Below are positions 7,795-16,599 of a stretch of DNA of 34,239 nucleotides, one piece after another. The notes beneath the pieces were generated by a model. It saw nothing but the letters and a program-made list of their open reading frames with translations. It was not told the origin of the DNA and made no database searches. The translations under genes were made by a program, and so were the position numbers. The stretch comes from a virus. Its lineage: Duplodnaviria; Heunggongvirae; Uroviricota; Caudoviricetes. Where the stretch lies: IMG/VR virus record IMGVR_UViG_2917881069_000005; one strand, written 5' to 3'. The stretch's first letter is position 1. Each line of letters starts with the position of its first letter.

Positions 7795-8627
7795 ACAGTT
7801 TAACGGCAAATAATCGTTTGTCGCAACAGCTGGTGGTCAGTGTCGCTGAACACCTGTTGTTACGGCATGAATGCAGATTACCAAATCACCTGGCTGTAAG
7901 TAACCACAGAGAACTTTACCTGACTGTGGGGGGCGAGTTGTGCAGGAACTTAACCGCTGGTTTCGTGACGGAAGAGGGCTTTATGTCCATGTTATTCGTT
8001 GGGAGCCAGAAACACAGCGCGTTATCTATCTTCGCAAAGACTACCCGCATGAGTGCTTTAGTCCTTTGTGGAAATTCAGGCGTGATTTTGTTGAGTGTGA
8101 AGGACCACCAGCACATTGATTCTGCCATTCCGGGACGTTACACTGTTCAGGCACCTTATAAAGCGGGTGCCGGGATTGGCGTCCTGGAATTGCATACGGC
8201 GACAATTGGCGCGTTAGCGTCTTTTTTGTTGCTACAACTCAGCTATACCCAAATTATGGTGGGCTGGGTGGGGGCACCGAAAGGTGCGCCGGTTTCCGTA
8301 TGCGCCGGTTACGCCAACCCTGCTCAGTTCACCACCAGCGAAATTGGCGTTTCCGGTGGTGGAAGTTATCCATTGCATACGGAGGCTGCCATCATGGCTA
8401 CTGTCCCAGCCCTCTCTCGTCTGAATGATGACGACTTACATAAACTCAGTTATGTAACAACTGCACTACGTGCTCTGCGCAAGGTAACTCTTTCGGATCC
8501 GCAGGCGCATCAGGTTCTGGTAGAAACCCTTCTTAACTTGCAGGCTGAACGTATTCGTCTGGCGGATAAGGCTAATTTTCATATTCACCGTCTCCTTAAT
8601 ATCAGCGGAGGGCATCGTCATGCTTAA
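7791..8627 (+). CDS. hypothetical protein
   Basis: 278-aa ORF; ATGA overlap with upstream stop suggests translational coupling; no domain recognised. Confidence 0.4.
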   Translation: MNSLTANNRLSQQLVVSVAEHLLLRHECRLPNHLAVSNHRELYLTVGGELCRNLTAGFVTEEGFMSMLFVGSQKHSALSIFAKTTRMSALVLCGNSGVILLSVKDHQHIDSAIPGRYTVQAPYKAGAGIGVLELHTATIGALASFLLLQLSYTQIMVGWVGAPKGAPVSVCAGYANPAQFTTSEIGVSGGGSYPLHTEAAIMATVPALSRLNDDDLHKLSYVTTALRALRKVTLSDPQAHQVLVETLLNLQAERIRLADKANFHIHRLLNISGGHRHA

Positions 8628-8856
8628 TCCGTTGATTCTCAATATTTGCCGTTTGCTTCAGCGTAAAAAAACATCAATTCCTACAGTTGGGCAGTGGTAC
8701 ACCACGCCTGCAGGGCATGTTCTACGTGTTAGCCTGGTTGACCGTGAATGTCAGAAGGTGATTTGTGAACCGCTGGGCCGTAATTACCGCGTCAGTATGC
8801 CGCTTATAGCCTTTCGCTCCGGAAAAAACATGAAGCATCTCGGAGGTGCAGCATGA
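8620..8856 (+). CDS. hypothetical protein (78 aa)
   Basis: ORF track; 8-bp overlap with upstream gene and ATGA overlap with downstream replication gene. Confidence 0.35.
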   Translation: MLNPLILNICRLLQRKKTSIPTVGQWYTTPAGHVLRVSLVDRECQKVICEPLGRNYRVSMPLIAFRSGKNMKHLGGAA

Positions 8857-9671
8857 GTATGGAGCTGATGGTTAAAGCGATGAAAATTCGAGTGGGTAAT
8901 CCATTGCGAAAACTGGTTCTGATCAAGCTGGCTGATAATGCCAGCGATCAGGGTGAGTGCTGGCCCAGCTACCAGCATATTGCTGACCAGTGCGAGATTA
9001 GCAAACGTTCTGTGATGAATCATATTGCGGCCCTTTGTGAGTCCGGGCTGGTAAAAAAAGTCACCCGGAAAGGTGAAAAAGGTAACTCAAGTAATATCTA
9101 TCTCCTTCATCTGGATGGTGCAGGAGATTCACTAGGGGGTAGTGCAAATAATTCACTATCTGGTGCAGCAAATTCACCAGGTAGTGCAGGAGTTGCACCA
9201 GGGGGTAGTGCAGGAGATTCACCCAGAACCAGTCACTCTTTTGAACCAGTCAAAGAATCAGTCAATGAACCAATAGCTTTTGGTGCATCTGCTGATGAGT
9301 CTGTGCGAGTTCGTTCAAACCGACCGGAATACTCTCCGGAGTTTGAGCAGGCATGGCTGGCATATCCCAAACGTGCTGGTGGCAATTCAAAATCTGCAGC
9401 CTTCAAAGCCTGGAAAGCCCGTTTGAATGAGGGGGTAAACCCCGAAACCATGCTGGAAGGTGTGAAACGCTACGCGGGCTGGGTATCTGCGATGGGTAAC
9501 AGTGGCACACAATTTGTGAAACAGGCTGTCACGTTCTTTGGTCCGGATCGTCATTTCGAAGAATCCTGGGAAGTTCCTGCGGTATCTTCAGCCAGACGCG
9601 AGGACCCGTACTTCAAAGCCAGTTACGACAACGTGGACTACAGCCAGATCCCGGCAGGATTCAGGGGGTGA
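8853..9671 (+). CDS. replication initiator, O-like (N-terminal HTH, internal Gly/Ser/Ala linker encoded by iterons)
   Basis: N-terminal LVLIKLADNASDQGECWPSYQHIADQCEISKRSVMNHIAALCESGLV resembles phage replication-protein HTH; repeat array within gene. Confidence 0.6.
   Translation: MSMELMVKAMKIRVGNPLRKLVLIKLADNASDQGECWPSYQHIADQCEISKRSVMNHIAALCESGLVKKVTRKGEKGNSSNIYLLHLDGAGDSLGGSANNSLSGAANSPGSAGVAPGGSAGDSPRTSHSFEPVKESVNEPIAFGASADESVRVRSNRPEYSPEFEQAWLAYPKRAGGNSKSAAFKAWKARLNEGVNPETMLEGVKRYAGWVSAMGNSGTQFVKQAVTFFGPDRHFEESWEVPAVSSARREDPYFKASYDNVDYSQIPAGFRG
9110..9225 (+). repeat. five about 21-24-bp iterons (candidate ori) inside the O-like gene
   Basis: Units GGTGCAGGAGATTCAC / GGGGGTAGTGCAAATAATTCAC / GGTGCAGCAAATTCACC / GGTAGTGCAGGAGTTGCACC / GGGGGTAGTGCAGGAGATTCACC, followed by an A/T-richer stretch with GAACCAGTCA repeats. 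Confidence 0.6.
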
Positions 9672-9673
9672 TC

Positions 9674-10162
9674 ATGAGTCTTTTGAATGAAGTTCAGAAA
9701 TTCATTGAAGCCCATCCGGGGTGTACTTCCGGAGACATTGCGGATGCTTTTACAGGTTACTCACGGCAGCGCGTTCTGCAGTCAGCAAGCAAGTTACGTC
9801 AGAGTGGGCGTGTGGCTCACCGTTGTGAAGGGGATACACGCAGACATTTCCCGCGCCTGACTGAGAGAGCGCAGGAGCCGGAACCACAACCAGTTCGTGA
9901 AACCAGACCTGTGCGCAATTTCTATGTCGGCACTAACGATCCACGGGTGATTTTGTGCCTGACCCGCCAGGCTGAAGAACTGGAGTCAAGGGGCTTATAC
10001 CGTCGTGCTGCAACCGTGTGGATGGCGGCATTCCGTGAAAGCCACTCCCAGCCAGAACGAAACAATTTTCTGGCGCGTCGTGAGCGGTGCTTACGGAAAA
10101 GCAGCAAGCGCGCTGCATCGGGTGAAGAGTGGTATCTGTCAGGGAATTACGTGGGGGCTTAA
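9674..10162 (+). CDS. PerC-like putative transcriptional regulator
   Basis: C-terminal LESRGLYRRAATVWMAA resembles PerC-family motif; ATG 9674 preceded by AGGGGG. Confidence 0.4.
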   Translation: MSLLNEVQKFIEAHPGCTSGDIADAFTGYSRQRVLQSASKLRQSGRVAHRCEGDTRRHFPRLTERAQEPEPQPVRETRPVRNFYVGTNDPRVILCLTRQAEELESRGLYRRAATVWMAAFRESHSQPERNNFLARRERCLRKSSKRAASGEEWYLSGNYVGA

Positions 10163-10815
10163 TGAGTAATAAATATTGCCAGGCGCTGGTGGAACTGCGG
10201 AACAAACCAGTCCATGAACTGAAGGAAGTGGGCGATCAGTGGCGCACGCCGGACAACATTTTCTGGGGAATTAACACCCTGTTTGGCCCGTTTGTTCTGG
10301 ATCTGTTCACTGACGGTGATAACGCCAAATGTGCTGCGTATTACACGGCGGAAGACAACGCGCTGGCGCATGACTGGTCAGAACGTCTTGCGGAGCTTAA
10401 AGGTGCTGCCTTTGGTAATCCCCCATACAGCCGCGCCAGTCAGCATGAGGGGCAATACATCACCGGCATGCGTTACATCATGAAACATGCCAGTGCCATG
10501 CGTGATAAGGGCGGGCGCTATGTTTTCCTGATCAAAGCTGCCACCAGCGAAGTGTGGTGGCCGGAAGATGCGGACCATATTGCTTTTATTCGCGGGCGTA
10601 TTGGTTTTGAACTGCCTGCCTGGTTTATCCCGAAGGACGAGAAGCAGGTGCCGACAGGAGCGTTCTTCGCTGGTGCTATTGCTGTTTTCGACAAGACCTG
10701 GAAGGGACCGGCAATCAGCTACATCGGGCGCGATGAACTTGAGGCATGTGGTGAGGCGTTTCTGGCGCAGGTTCGCCAGCAGGCGGAAAAACTGGTCAGG
10801 GAGATGGCGGCATGA
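10162..10815 (+). CDS. phage-type DNA N6-adenine methyltransferase (Dam-like)
   Basis: NPPY motif (GNPPYSR); start at MSNKYCQ with TAATG overlap; ORF track 10129..10815. Confidence 0.75.
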   Translation: MSNKYCQALVELRNKPVHELKEVGDQWRTPDNIFWGINTLFGPFVLDLFTDGDNAKCAAYYTAEDNALAHDWSERLAELKGAAFGNPPYSRASQHEGQYITGMRYIMKHASAMRDKGGRYVFLIKAATSEVWWPEDADHIAFIRGRIGFELPAWFIPKDEKQVPTGAFFAGAIAVFDKTWKGPAISYIGRDELEACGEAFLAQVRQQAEKLVREMAA

Positions 10816-11138
10816 CGACGTTAACTCAATGCCAGCAGCAGGTGCTGGATATGCTGATTTCTTATCAGAAAGAACGTGGCTTCCCGCCAACCAATCAGGA
10901 GGTGGCAACCATGCTGGGATACCGTTCGGTGAATGCAGCGGTGGAGCATCTTCGCGCACTGGAGAAAAAAGGCGTCATCACGATAAAGCGTGGTGTGGCC
11001 CGGGGGATAACGCTTCATACCGCGGTGAAGGACGACGACAGCGAGGTGGTCGGGATTATCCGCTCACTGCTTGCCGGTGAGGAAAACGCCAGGCTGCGTG
11101 CAGCCCGCTGGTTACATGAGAGGGGCCTGAAAGTATGA
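10812..11138 (+). CDS. LexA N-terminal DNA-binding-domain-like protein lacking the S24 peptidase domain
   Basis: LTQCQQQVLDMLISYQKERGFPPTNQEVATMLGYRSVNAAVEHLRALEKKGVI closely resembles LexA winged-HTH; only 108 aa. Confidence 0.6.
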   Translation: MTTLTQCQQQVLDMLISYQKERGFPPTNQEVATMLGYRSVNAAVEHLRALEKKGVITIKRGVARGITLHTAVKDDDSEVVGIIRSLLAGEENARLRAARWLHERGLKV

Positions 11139-11524
11139 AGCTGATTCTGCCTTTTCCGCCCAGCGTGAACACGTACTGGCGACACCCCAACAAAGGGGCG
11201 TTTGCTGGTAAGAGCCTGATAAGCGCGGCGGGGCGAAAATTCCAGAGCGCGGCGTGCGCTGCAATAGTTGAGCAGTTACGTCGTCTGCCGAAACCAACGT
11301 CGGCACCTGCTTCAGTGGAGATCGTGTTGTTTCCTCCGGATAACCGGATCCGCGATCTGGACAACTATAACAAGGCGCTGTTTGACGCCCTGACCCACGC
11401 GGGTGTGTGGGAAGACGACAGCCAGGTGAAAAGAATGCTGGTGGAGTGGGGACCAGTTATCCCGGAAGGGAAGGTCGAGATCACTATCAGTAAGTACGAG
11501 AAAACGGCGGGTGCAGCCGCCTGA
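11135..11524 (+). CDS. rusA: Holliday junction resolvase RusA
   Basis: 129 aa; RusA signature including DLDNYNKALFDALT. Confidence 0.8.
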   Translation: MKLILPFPPSVNTYWRHPNKGAFAGKSLISAAGRKFQSAACAAIVEQLRRLPKPTSAPASVEIVLFPPDNRIRDLDNYNKALFDALTHAGVWEDDSQVKRMLVEWGPVIPEGKVEITISKYEKTAGAAA

Positions 11525-11543
11525 TTAAGAGGAGAAACGAAGT

Positions 11544-12353
11544 ATGAATAATCTGATGGTCATTGATGGTATTGAAGTTCGTCGTGATGCTTATGGGCGT
11601 TACAGCCTGAACGATCTGCATCGCGCAGCAGTAGCATCTGGTGCAAATGCCAGAACCAAGGAGCCAGGAAAGTTTCTTTCCAGCCAACAAACTGTTGAGC
11701 TTGTTCATGAATTGACCAACACCCAGAATTTGGGTGTTGACCCGGTGAGTGTGATTCATGGGGGAAATGAACGGGGAACGTATGTCTGCAAGGAACTGGT
11801 GTATGCCTATGCAATGTGGATCAGTCCATCATTCCATCTGAAGGTGATCCGTACTTTCGACATGGTAACCAGCGCACCGGATAAATTATCCGGACAGGCT
11901 GCTGACAAGATGCAGGCTGGTGTGATTCTGCTGGACTTTATGCGCCGGGAATTAAACCTGTCTAACTCTTCAGTGCTTGGTGCCTGTCAGAAACTCCAGG
12001 AGGCTGTTGGCTTACCGAATCTGGCACCGCGCTATGCCATTGATGCTCCTGCTGACGCGCCTGATGGCTCAAGCCGCCCCACGCTGTCACTGAGTGCACT
12101 GCTGAAGCAGTATGGTATCCGCCTGACAGCTAATCAGGCATATCACCAGATGGCGAAGCTGGGGATCGTTGAACAACGTGAACGATACAGCCGTACCGCG
12201 ATTAACAACATCAAAAAATTCTGGTCGCTGACGGCGAAAGGCTGCATGTTCGGTAAGAACATCACCAGCCCCGCAAATCCGCGCGAGACGCAGCCGCATT
12301 TCTTCGAATCCCGATTCCCTGAGCTGTTAAAGCTGCTCGATACCGTTCATTGA
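11544..12353 (+). CDS. KilA-N domain protein (antirepressor-like)
   Basis: N-terminal YSLNDLHRAA-type KilA-N signature; 269 aa. Confidence 0.55.
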   Translation: MNNLMVIDGIEVRRDAYGRYSLNDLHRAAVASGANARTKEPGKFLSSQQTVELVHELTNTQNLGVDPVSVIHGGNERGTYVCKELVYAYAMWISPSFHLKVIRTFDMVTSAPDKLSGQAADKMQAGVILLDFMRRELNLSNSSVLGACQKLQEAVGLPNLAPRYAIDAPADAPDGSSRPTLSLSALLKQYGIRLTANQAYHQMAKLGIVEQRERYSRTAINNIKKFWSLTAKGCMFGKNITSPANPRETQPHFFESRFPELLKLLDTVH

Positions 12354-12354
12354 G

Positions 12355-13350
12355 GTGACCGTGAGAGCACTACTGACCCCTGAAATTGCCCCGCGTATGG
12401 GGATCGTATTGTTCAGACCAGGTTCAGAGCTGATGCCCCTGTTTATGCAGGGGCGTGTCCTGCTGGAGCCTGAGCCGGAACGTTATTCATCTTTCGCCAG
12501 TGGTGCCGTTCCGGCGGCATCACAACCGCTGGCGGATGATCCTGCCGTTCAGGCCGTGTTCCGCAATGAGGCAGTGATCCGTCGTGCTGGTGGCGTGGAA
12601 TGTCTTGAAAGCTGGTTACTTCGTGAAAAAGGCTGCCAGTGGCCTCATTCCGACTGGCACAGCGAGAACATGACCACAATGCGACACGCTCCGGGCGCAA
12701 TCCGTCTGTGCTGGCACTGCGATAACCAGCTGCGCGATCAGTTCACGGAACGGCTGGAATCAATGGCAACGGATAACTGTGCCCGCTGGGTGTTGTCTGT
12801 TGTGCGTCGGGATCTCGGTTTTGATGATAGTCACGTTGTGACAATGCCGGAACTGTGCTGGTGGCTGATTCGTAATGATCTGGCGGATGCCTTACCGGAA
12901 AGTGCAGCCCGTAAGGCACTGAGATTACCGAAGCCTGTTGTGCCGTCTGTTACCCGGGAAAGTGACCTTGTGCCTTCGGTTCCTGCCACCAGCATCATCC
13001 AGGATAAAGTGAAAAAGGTGCTGGCGCTGAAAGTGGATCCGGAGTCGCCGGAGTCTTTTATGTTACGCCCAAAACGTCGCCGCTGGGTTAATGAAAAGTA
13101 CACACGCTGGGTTAAGACACAGCCGTGTGCATGTTGTGGTAAGCCTGCTGATGATCCCCACCACCTGATAGGTCACGGTCAGGGTGGAATGGGTACAAAA
13201 GCGCATGACCTCTTTGTGTTGCCTTTGTGCAGAAAGCATCACGACGAGCTGCATGCGGATACCGTGGCATTTGAAGAGAAGTATGGCTCCCAGCTGGAGC
13301 TGATATTTCGTTTTATCGATCGTGCGCTGGCAATTGGCGTGCTGGCCTGA
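12355..13350 (+). CDS. DUF968-type protein with C-terminal Cys/His (HNH-like) motif
   Basis: CACCGKPADDPHHLIGHGQGGMGTKAHDLFVLPLCRKHHDELH; GTG start. Confidence 0.55.
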   Translation: MTVRALLTPEIAPRMGIVLFRPGSELMPLFMQGRVLLEPEPERYSSFASGAVPAASQPLADDPAVQAVFRNEAVIRRAGGVECLESWLLREKGCQWPHSDWHSENMTTMRHAPGAIRLCWHCDNQLRDQFTERLESMATDNCARWVLSVVRRDLGFDDSHVVTMPELCWWLIRNDLADALPESAARKALRLPKPVVPSVTRESDLVPSVPATSIIQDKVKKVLALKVDPESPESFMLRPKRRRWVNEKYTRWVKTQPCACCGKPADDPHHLIGHGQGGMGTKAHDLFVLPLCRKHHDELHADTVAFEEKYGSQLELIFRFIDRALAIGVLA

Positions 13351-13371
13351 TTTTGTGGAGAAAGTTGATGC

Positions 13372-13734
13372 GTGATATTCAAATGGTTCTTGGAACGTTG
13401 GGGGGCATGGGTGGCAAATAATCACGAGGATGTCACCTGGTCGTCTATTGCTGCAGGATTTAAAGGACTAATCCCTTCAAAAGTAAAATCCCGCCCGCAA
13501 TGTTGTGACGATGACGCGATGATCATTTGTGGGTGCATGGCTCGCCTGAAAAAGAACAACAGCGATTTGCACGATTTATTAGTGGATTATTATGTAGGTG
13601 GTATGACGTTTATGGCGCTTGCCCGTAAACATGGGCGTTCTGATTGCTGGGTTGGGCGTTTATTGCAAAAGGCTGAAGGTGTAGTTGATGGCATGTTAAT
13701 GATGTTAGAAATTGAGCTAGAGATGGATCGTTAG
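13372..13734 (+). CDS. late antiterminator Q (short QuuD-type); N-terminus frame-disrupted
   Basis: [27 protein letters not shown] is Q-family-like; long frame can only start at GTG 13372, while a well-placed ATG (13368, GGAG 8 nt upstream) is in another frame and stops after 17 codons. Confidence 0.6.
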   Translation: MIFKWFLERWGAWVANNHEDVTWSSIAAGFKGLIPSKVKSRPQCCDDDAMIICGCMARLKKNNSDLHDLLVDYYVGGMTFMALARKHGRSDCWVGRLLQKAEGVVDGMLMMLEIELEMDR

Positions 13735-13776
13735 AAGACCTCTTATTGAGGGGGTAATTGAATCAGTTTAATGTGT

Positions 13777-13807
13777 GGGGAGTCGATTTATTCTCCCCAT
13801 TTTATTT
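13777..13807 (+). terminator. hairpin plus T-rich tract just downstream of Q
   Basis: GGGGAG-N10-CTCCCC followed by ATTTTATTT. Confidence 0.4.
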
Positions 13808-13818
13808 AATTAATTTAC

Positions 13819-14265
13819 TTAAGGTTTTAATTCATCAAGACGTTGTTGGATAGTGTTTTTGCTTGCGTTGTCTGTTATAGCCATTTGTTGTACTTGCCCC
13901 ATTGCCATTTGAGTTTCCATCCACATATCGGCCCACACTTTTGTATCGTTATTAACTTGAGCGATAGTAAATCTGACTTTTGATACCGGGGTTGTTGAAT
14001 AGGCATTGCCGATTAACATTTGTCCAAAAACAGCAGAGCCGCCTTCCAGTTCTTTACCACATATAACACTGCTGTTATCCGCGTTGTAAATTATCAACCC
14101 TCTACTATTGCAGTAATTCACAAGGGCATCTTTGACTTTATCTTTTGTCATATTTTGATAAACCCCCTCAGGTTTTCCTGATTGAGTTTTCTTTATCAAT
14201 GGTACGGAAGAAGTACAACCTGAAATGATAGTTGCGCTAAGTAATAGTACAGTCATTTTATTCAT
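13819..14265 (-). CDS. lipoprotein (moron, opposite strand)
   Basis: 148 aa; signal peptide with lipobox LLSATIISGC; encoded against the direction of flanking late genes. Confidence 0.6.
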   Translation of the reverse strand: MNKMTVLLLSATIISGCTSSVPLIKKTQSGKPEGVYQNMTKDKVKDALVNYCNSRGLIIYNADNSSVICGKELEGGSAVFGQMLIGNAYSTTPVSKVRFTIAQVNNDTKVWADMWMETQMAMGQVQQMAITDNASKNTIQQRLDELKP

Positions 14266-14330
14266 GTTTCTTATCCATTGTTAAGGGCATACCCACACAA
14301 TTATTTTTATTGGAGATGAATAATCAACCG

Positions 14331-14413
14331 TTTACAATCGTAAAAAATCAAATATGCTGTTAAGAGTGGTTACTTCGCCACACAACTTAAACCCGCCGCT
14401 GAGCGGTTTTTTT
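14331..14413 (+). promoter_or_regulatory. candidate late promoter (PR'-like) with short leader and T7-tailed hairpin (tR'-like)
   Basis: TTTACA-N16-TATGCT followed about 40 nt later by CCGC-loop-GCGG and TTTTTTT; weak stem, so tentative. Confidence 0.25.
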
Positions 14414-14511
14414 GTACCTGTAAACTTGGTGCAGTACAGTAAACACGCTGGTGGTCGTGAATACTGACTTTTTATCTTGCTGGCTTTTTAGACAAGAGTT
14501 ATTGGTATGTC

Positions 14512-14739
14512 ATGTTAACCAGAAGGGGAAAAGACATGCTAAAACAGCAAGATATGACAGAAACCGCCGCCGCAGTCCTTCATTTCTTACCTGCTGACAA
14601 GTGGGTAACGCCACGCATGATGACGAGAACTACCGGAGTAAGCGAAGCCCGGTGCCAGTTAATACTGACCCAGTTAGTTCTGGCGGGTCTGGCGAAGGAT
14701 AACGGCGGGTACGGGAATAAATTCAGACGCTGCCAGTAA
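14512..14739 (+). CDS. small hypothetical protein, possibly winged-helix
   Basis: 75-aa ORF; no family recognised. Confidence 0.3.
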   Translation: MLTRRGKDMLKQQDMTETAAAVLHFLPADKWVTPRMMTRTTGVSEARCQLILTQLVLAGLAKDNGGYGNKFRRCQ

Positions 14740-14889
14740 TGGCGGTTTCCTGCTGTGAAAATGGGCGGCTGGTGGGTGTTGGTAGCACCTGCCAGCCATT
14801 CGCTCATGCTTACTGGTCACAAGCGAACCACGGCCCACTGCTTTAGCGCAAAAGCAGAGTGAGCCTACCAGAGTTACGCTTACTGATCC

Positions 14890-15942
14890 ATGAAAAACAC
14901 TGTAAAAATAAACAGCGTTGATTTAATCAACGCTGATTGCCTGCATTTTATTCAGTCCCTGCCTGATGATTCCATTGACCTGATTGTTACCGATCCGCCG
15001 TACTTCAAGGTGAAACCCAACGGCTGGGACAATCAGTGGAAAGGGGACGAAGATTACCTTAAGTGGCTGGATCACTGTCTGGCCCAGTTCTGGCGGGTGT
15101 TAAAACCTGCTGGAAGCCTTTACCTGTTCTGTGGGCATCGCCTGGCATCTGATATTGAGATCATGATGCGTGAACGTTTCAACGTGCTTAACCATATCAT
15201 CTGGGCGAAGCCGTCCGGACGTTGGAATGGGTGTAATAAAGAAAGTCTGCGCGCATATTTTCCTGCCACAGAGCGCGTTCTGTTTGCTGAACATTACCAG
15301 GGGCCATATCGCGGCAAAAGTGACGGCTATGCGGCAAAAGAAAGGGAACTCAAACAGCACATAATGGCACCGCTGATATCGTATTTCAGGGATGCTCGTG
15401 CCGAACTGGGTATAACGGCAAAACAAATTGCCGAAGCCACAGGTAAGAAAAATATGGTTTCCCACTGGTTTGGTGCCAGTCAGTGGCAGTTGCCGAATGA
15501 GGCTGACTATCGGAAGTTACAGGCACTGTTTTCCCGTATAGCGGCAGAGAAGTTTCAGGAACAACAACTGGAACAACCACACCACCAGCTGGTGGCATCT
15601 TATGATTCACTGAATCGCAAATATTCTGAATTGCTGGATGAGTTTAAATCTCTCCGGCGCTATTTCTCCGTATCAGTCTCCGTGCCTTATACCGATGTCT
15701 GGATGCATAAACCCGTTCAGTTCTACCCGGGTAAACATCCGTGTGAGAAACCGGCGGATATGCTCAGGCAAATAATCAATGCCAGTAGTCGACCTGGTGA
15801 GCTGGTTGCTGATTTTTTTATGGGATCCGGTTCCACAATAAAAGCAGCAATGGCGCTGGGGCGTCGGGCCTTAGGTGTTGAGCTTGAGTCAGAGCGGTTT
15901 AACCAGACAGTGAAAGAGATAAACGAGCTGGTGGGGAAATAA
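14890..15942 (+). CDS. DNA methyltransferase, N6_N4 (beta-class amino-MTase) family
   Basis: DPPY motif (LIVTDPPYF) near N-terminus and AdoMet motif FFMGSGST near C-terminus; 350 aa. Confidence 0.8.
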
Positions 15943-15945
15943 TCT

Positions 15946-15973
15946 GGTGGCCACGTCAGGTGGCCTTTTTATT
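15946..15973 (+). terminator. rho-independent terminator between methyltransferase and holin
   Basis: GGCCAC-gtcag-GTGGCC followed by TTTTTATTT. Confidence 0.5.
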
Positions 15974-16009
15974 TCCATTACACAGCACCCGCATCTGCGA
16001 GGTGGGGTT

Positions 16010-16225
16010 ATGAAATCCATGGATAAGTTAACAACGGGTGTCGCCTATGGCACCTCAGCAGGTAGTGCCGGGTACTGGTTTTTACAGTTGCTCGATAAAG
16101 TCACGCCCTCACAGTGGGCGGCAATAGGTGTGCTGGGTAGTCTGGTATTTGGCTTGCTGACGTATCTGACAAACCTTTATTTCAAGATTAAAGAAGACAA
16201 GCGTAAGGCTGCACGGGGAGAGTAA
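16010..16225 (+). CDS. pinholin (phage 21 S21-like) with dual start
   Basis: MKSMDK dual-start motif; closely matches recalled S21 ([17 protein letters not shown]...[13 protein letters not shown]...[20 protein letters not shown]); ORF track 15947..16225. Confidence 0.75.
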
Positions 16226-16229
16226 TTCA

Positions 16230-16544
16230 ATGACTCAAAACTATGAACTGATTGTGAAAGGGATCCGCAATTTTGAGAATAAAGTTACGGTAACTGTAGC
16301 GTTACGGGACAAAAAACGCTTTGACGGTGAAATTTTTGACCTGGACATCTCGCTGGACCGTGTTGAAGGTGCCGCGCTGGAGTTTTATGAGGCAGCAGCC
16401 AGAAGGAGCATCAGACAGGTCTTCCTGGATGTTGCTGCCGGGTTATGTGAAGGGGACGAGCTGTTGCCAGAAACGCGCCCCTGTTCAGAGGCGCGGTATA
16501 CCATAAAAATTAACAGTTCTGATAACTCGATTAAGGGTTGTTAG
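16230..16544 (+). CDS. hypothetical protein inserted between holin and endolysin
   Basis: 104-aa ORF with GGAG upstream; no family recognised. Confidence 0.4.
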   Translation: MTQNYELIVKGIRNFENKVTVTVALRDKKRFDGEIFDLDISLDRVEGAALEFYEAAARRSIRQVFLDVAAGLCEGDELLPETRPCSEARYTIKINSSDNSIKGC

Positions 16545-16599
16545 CTTTTTGCAGTTGGCTTTCCAGTATCTTTCATTGGTAGCATCCTGATAAATATCC

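Noticed and set aside
7940-8119. Alternative-frame 59-codon ORF (VQELNRWFRDGRGLYVHVIRWEPETQRVIYLRKDYPHE...) inside the 278-aa hypothetical gene
   Set aside because: Reads protein-like, but it only has a GTG start and no RBS, and is fully nested in an ORF that is translationally coupled (ATGA) to its neighbours. Cannot be decided without homology search, so not called.
9110-9225. Possible CRISPR array suggested by short direct repeats
   Set aside because: Repeats are contiguous and degenerate with no unique spacers, lie in frame inside a replication gene and encode its Gly/Ser linker; this is an iteron array, not CRISPR.
13735-14890. tRNA genes downstream of Q (as in Stx phages)
   Set aside because: Scanned for cloverleaf-compatible segments and found only short hairpins with T-tracts; nothing resembling a tRNA acceptor or T-arm. 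Not excluded without tRNAscan-SE.
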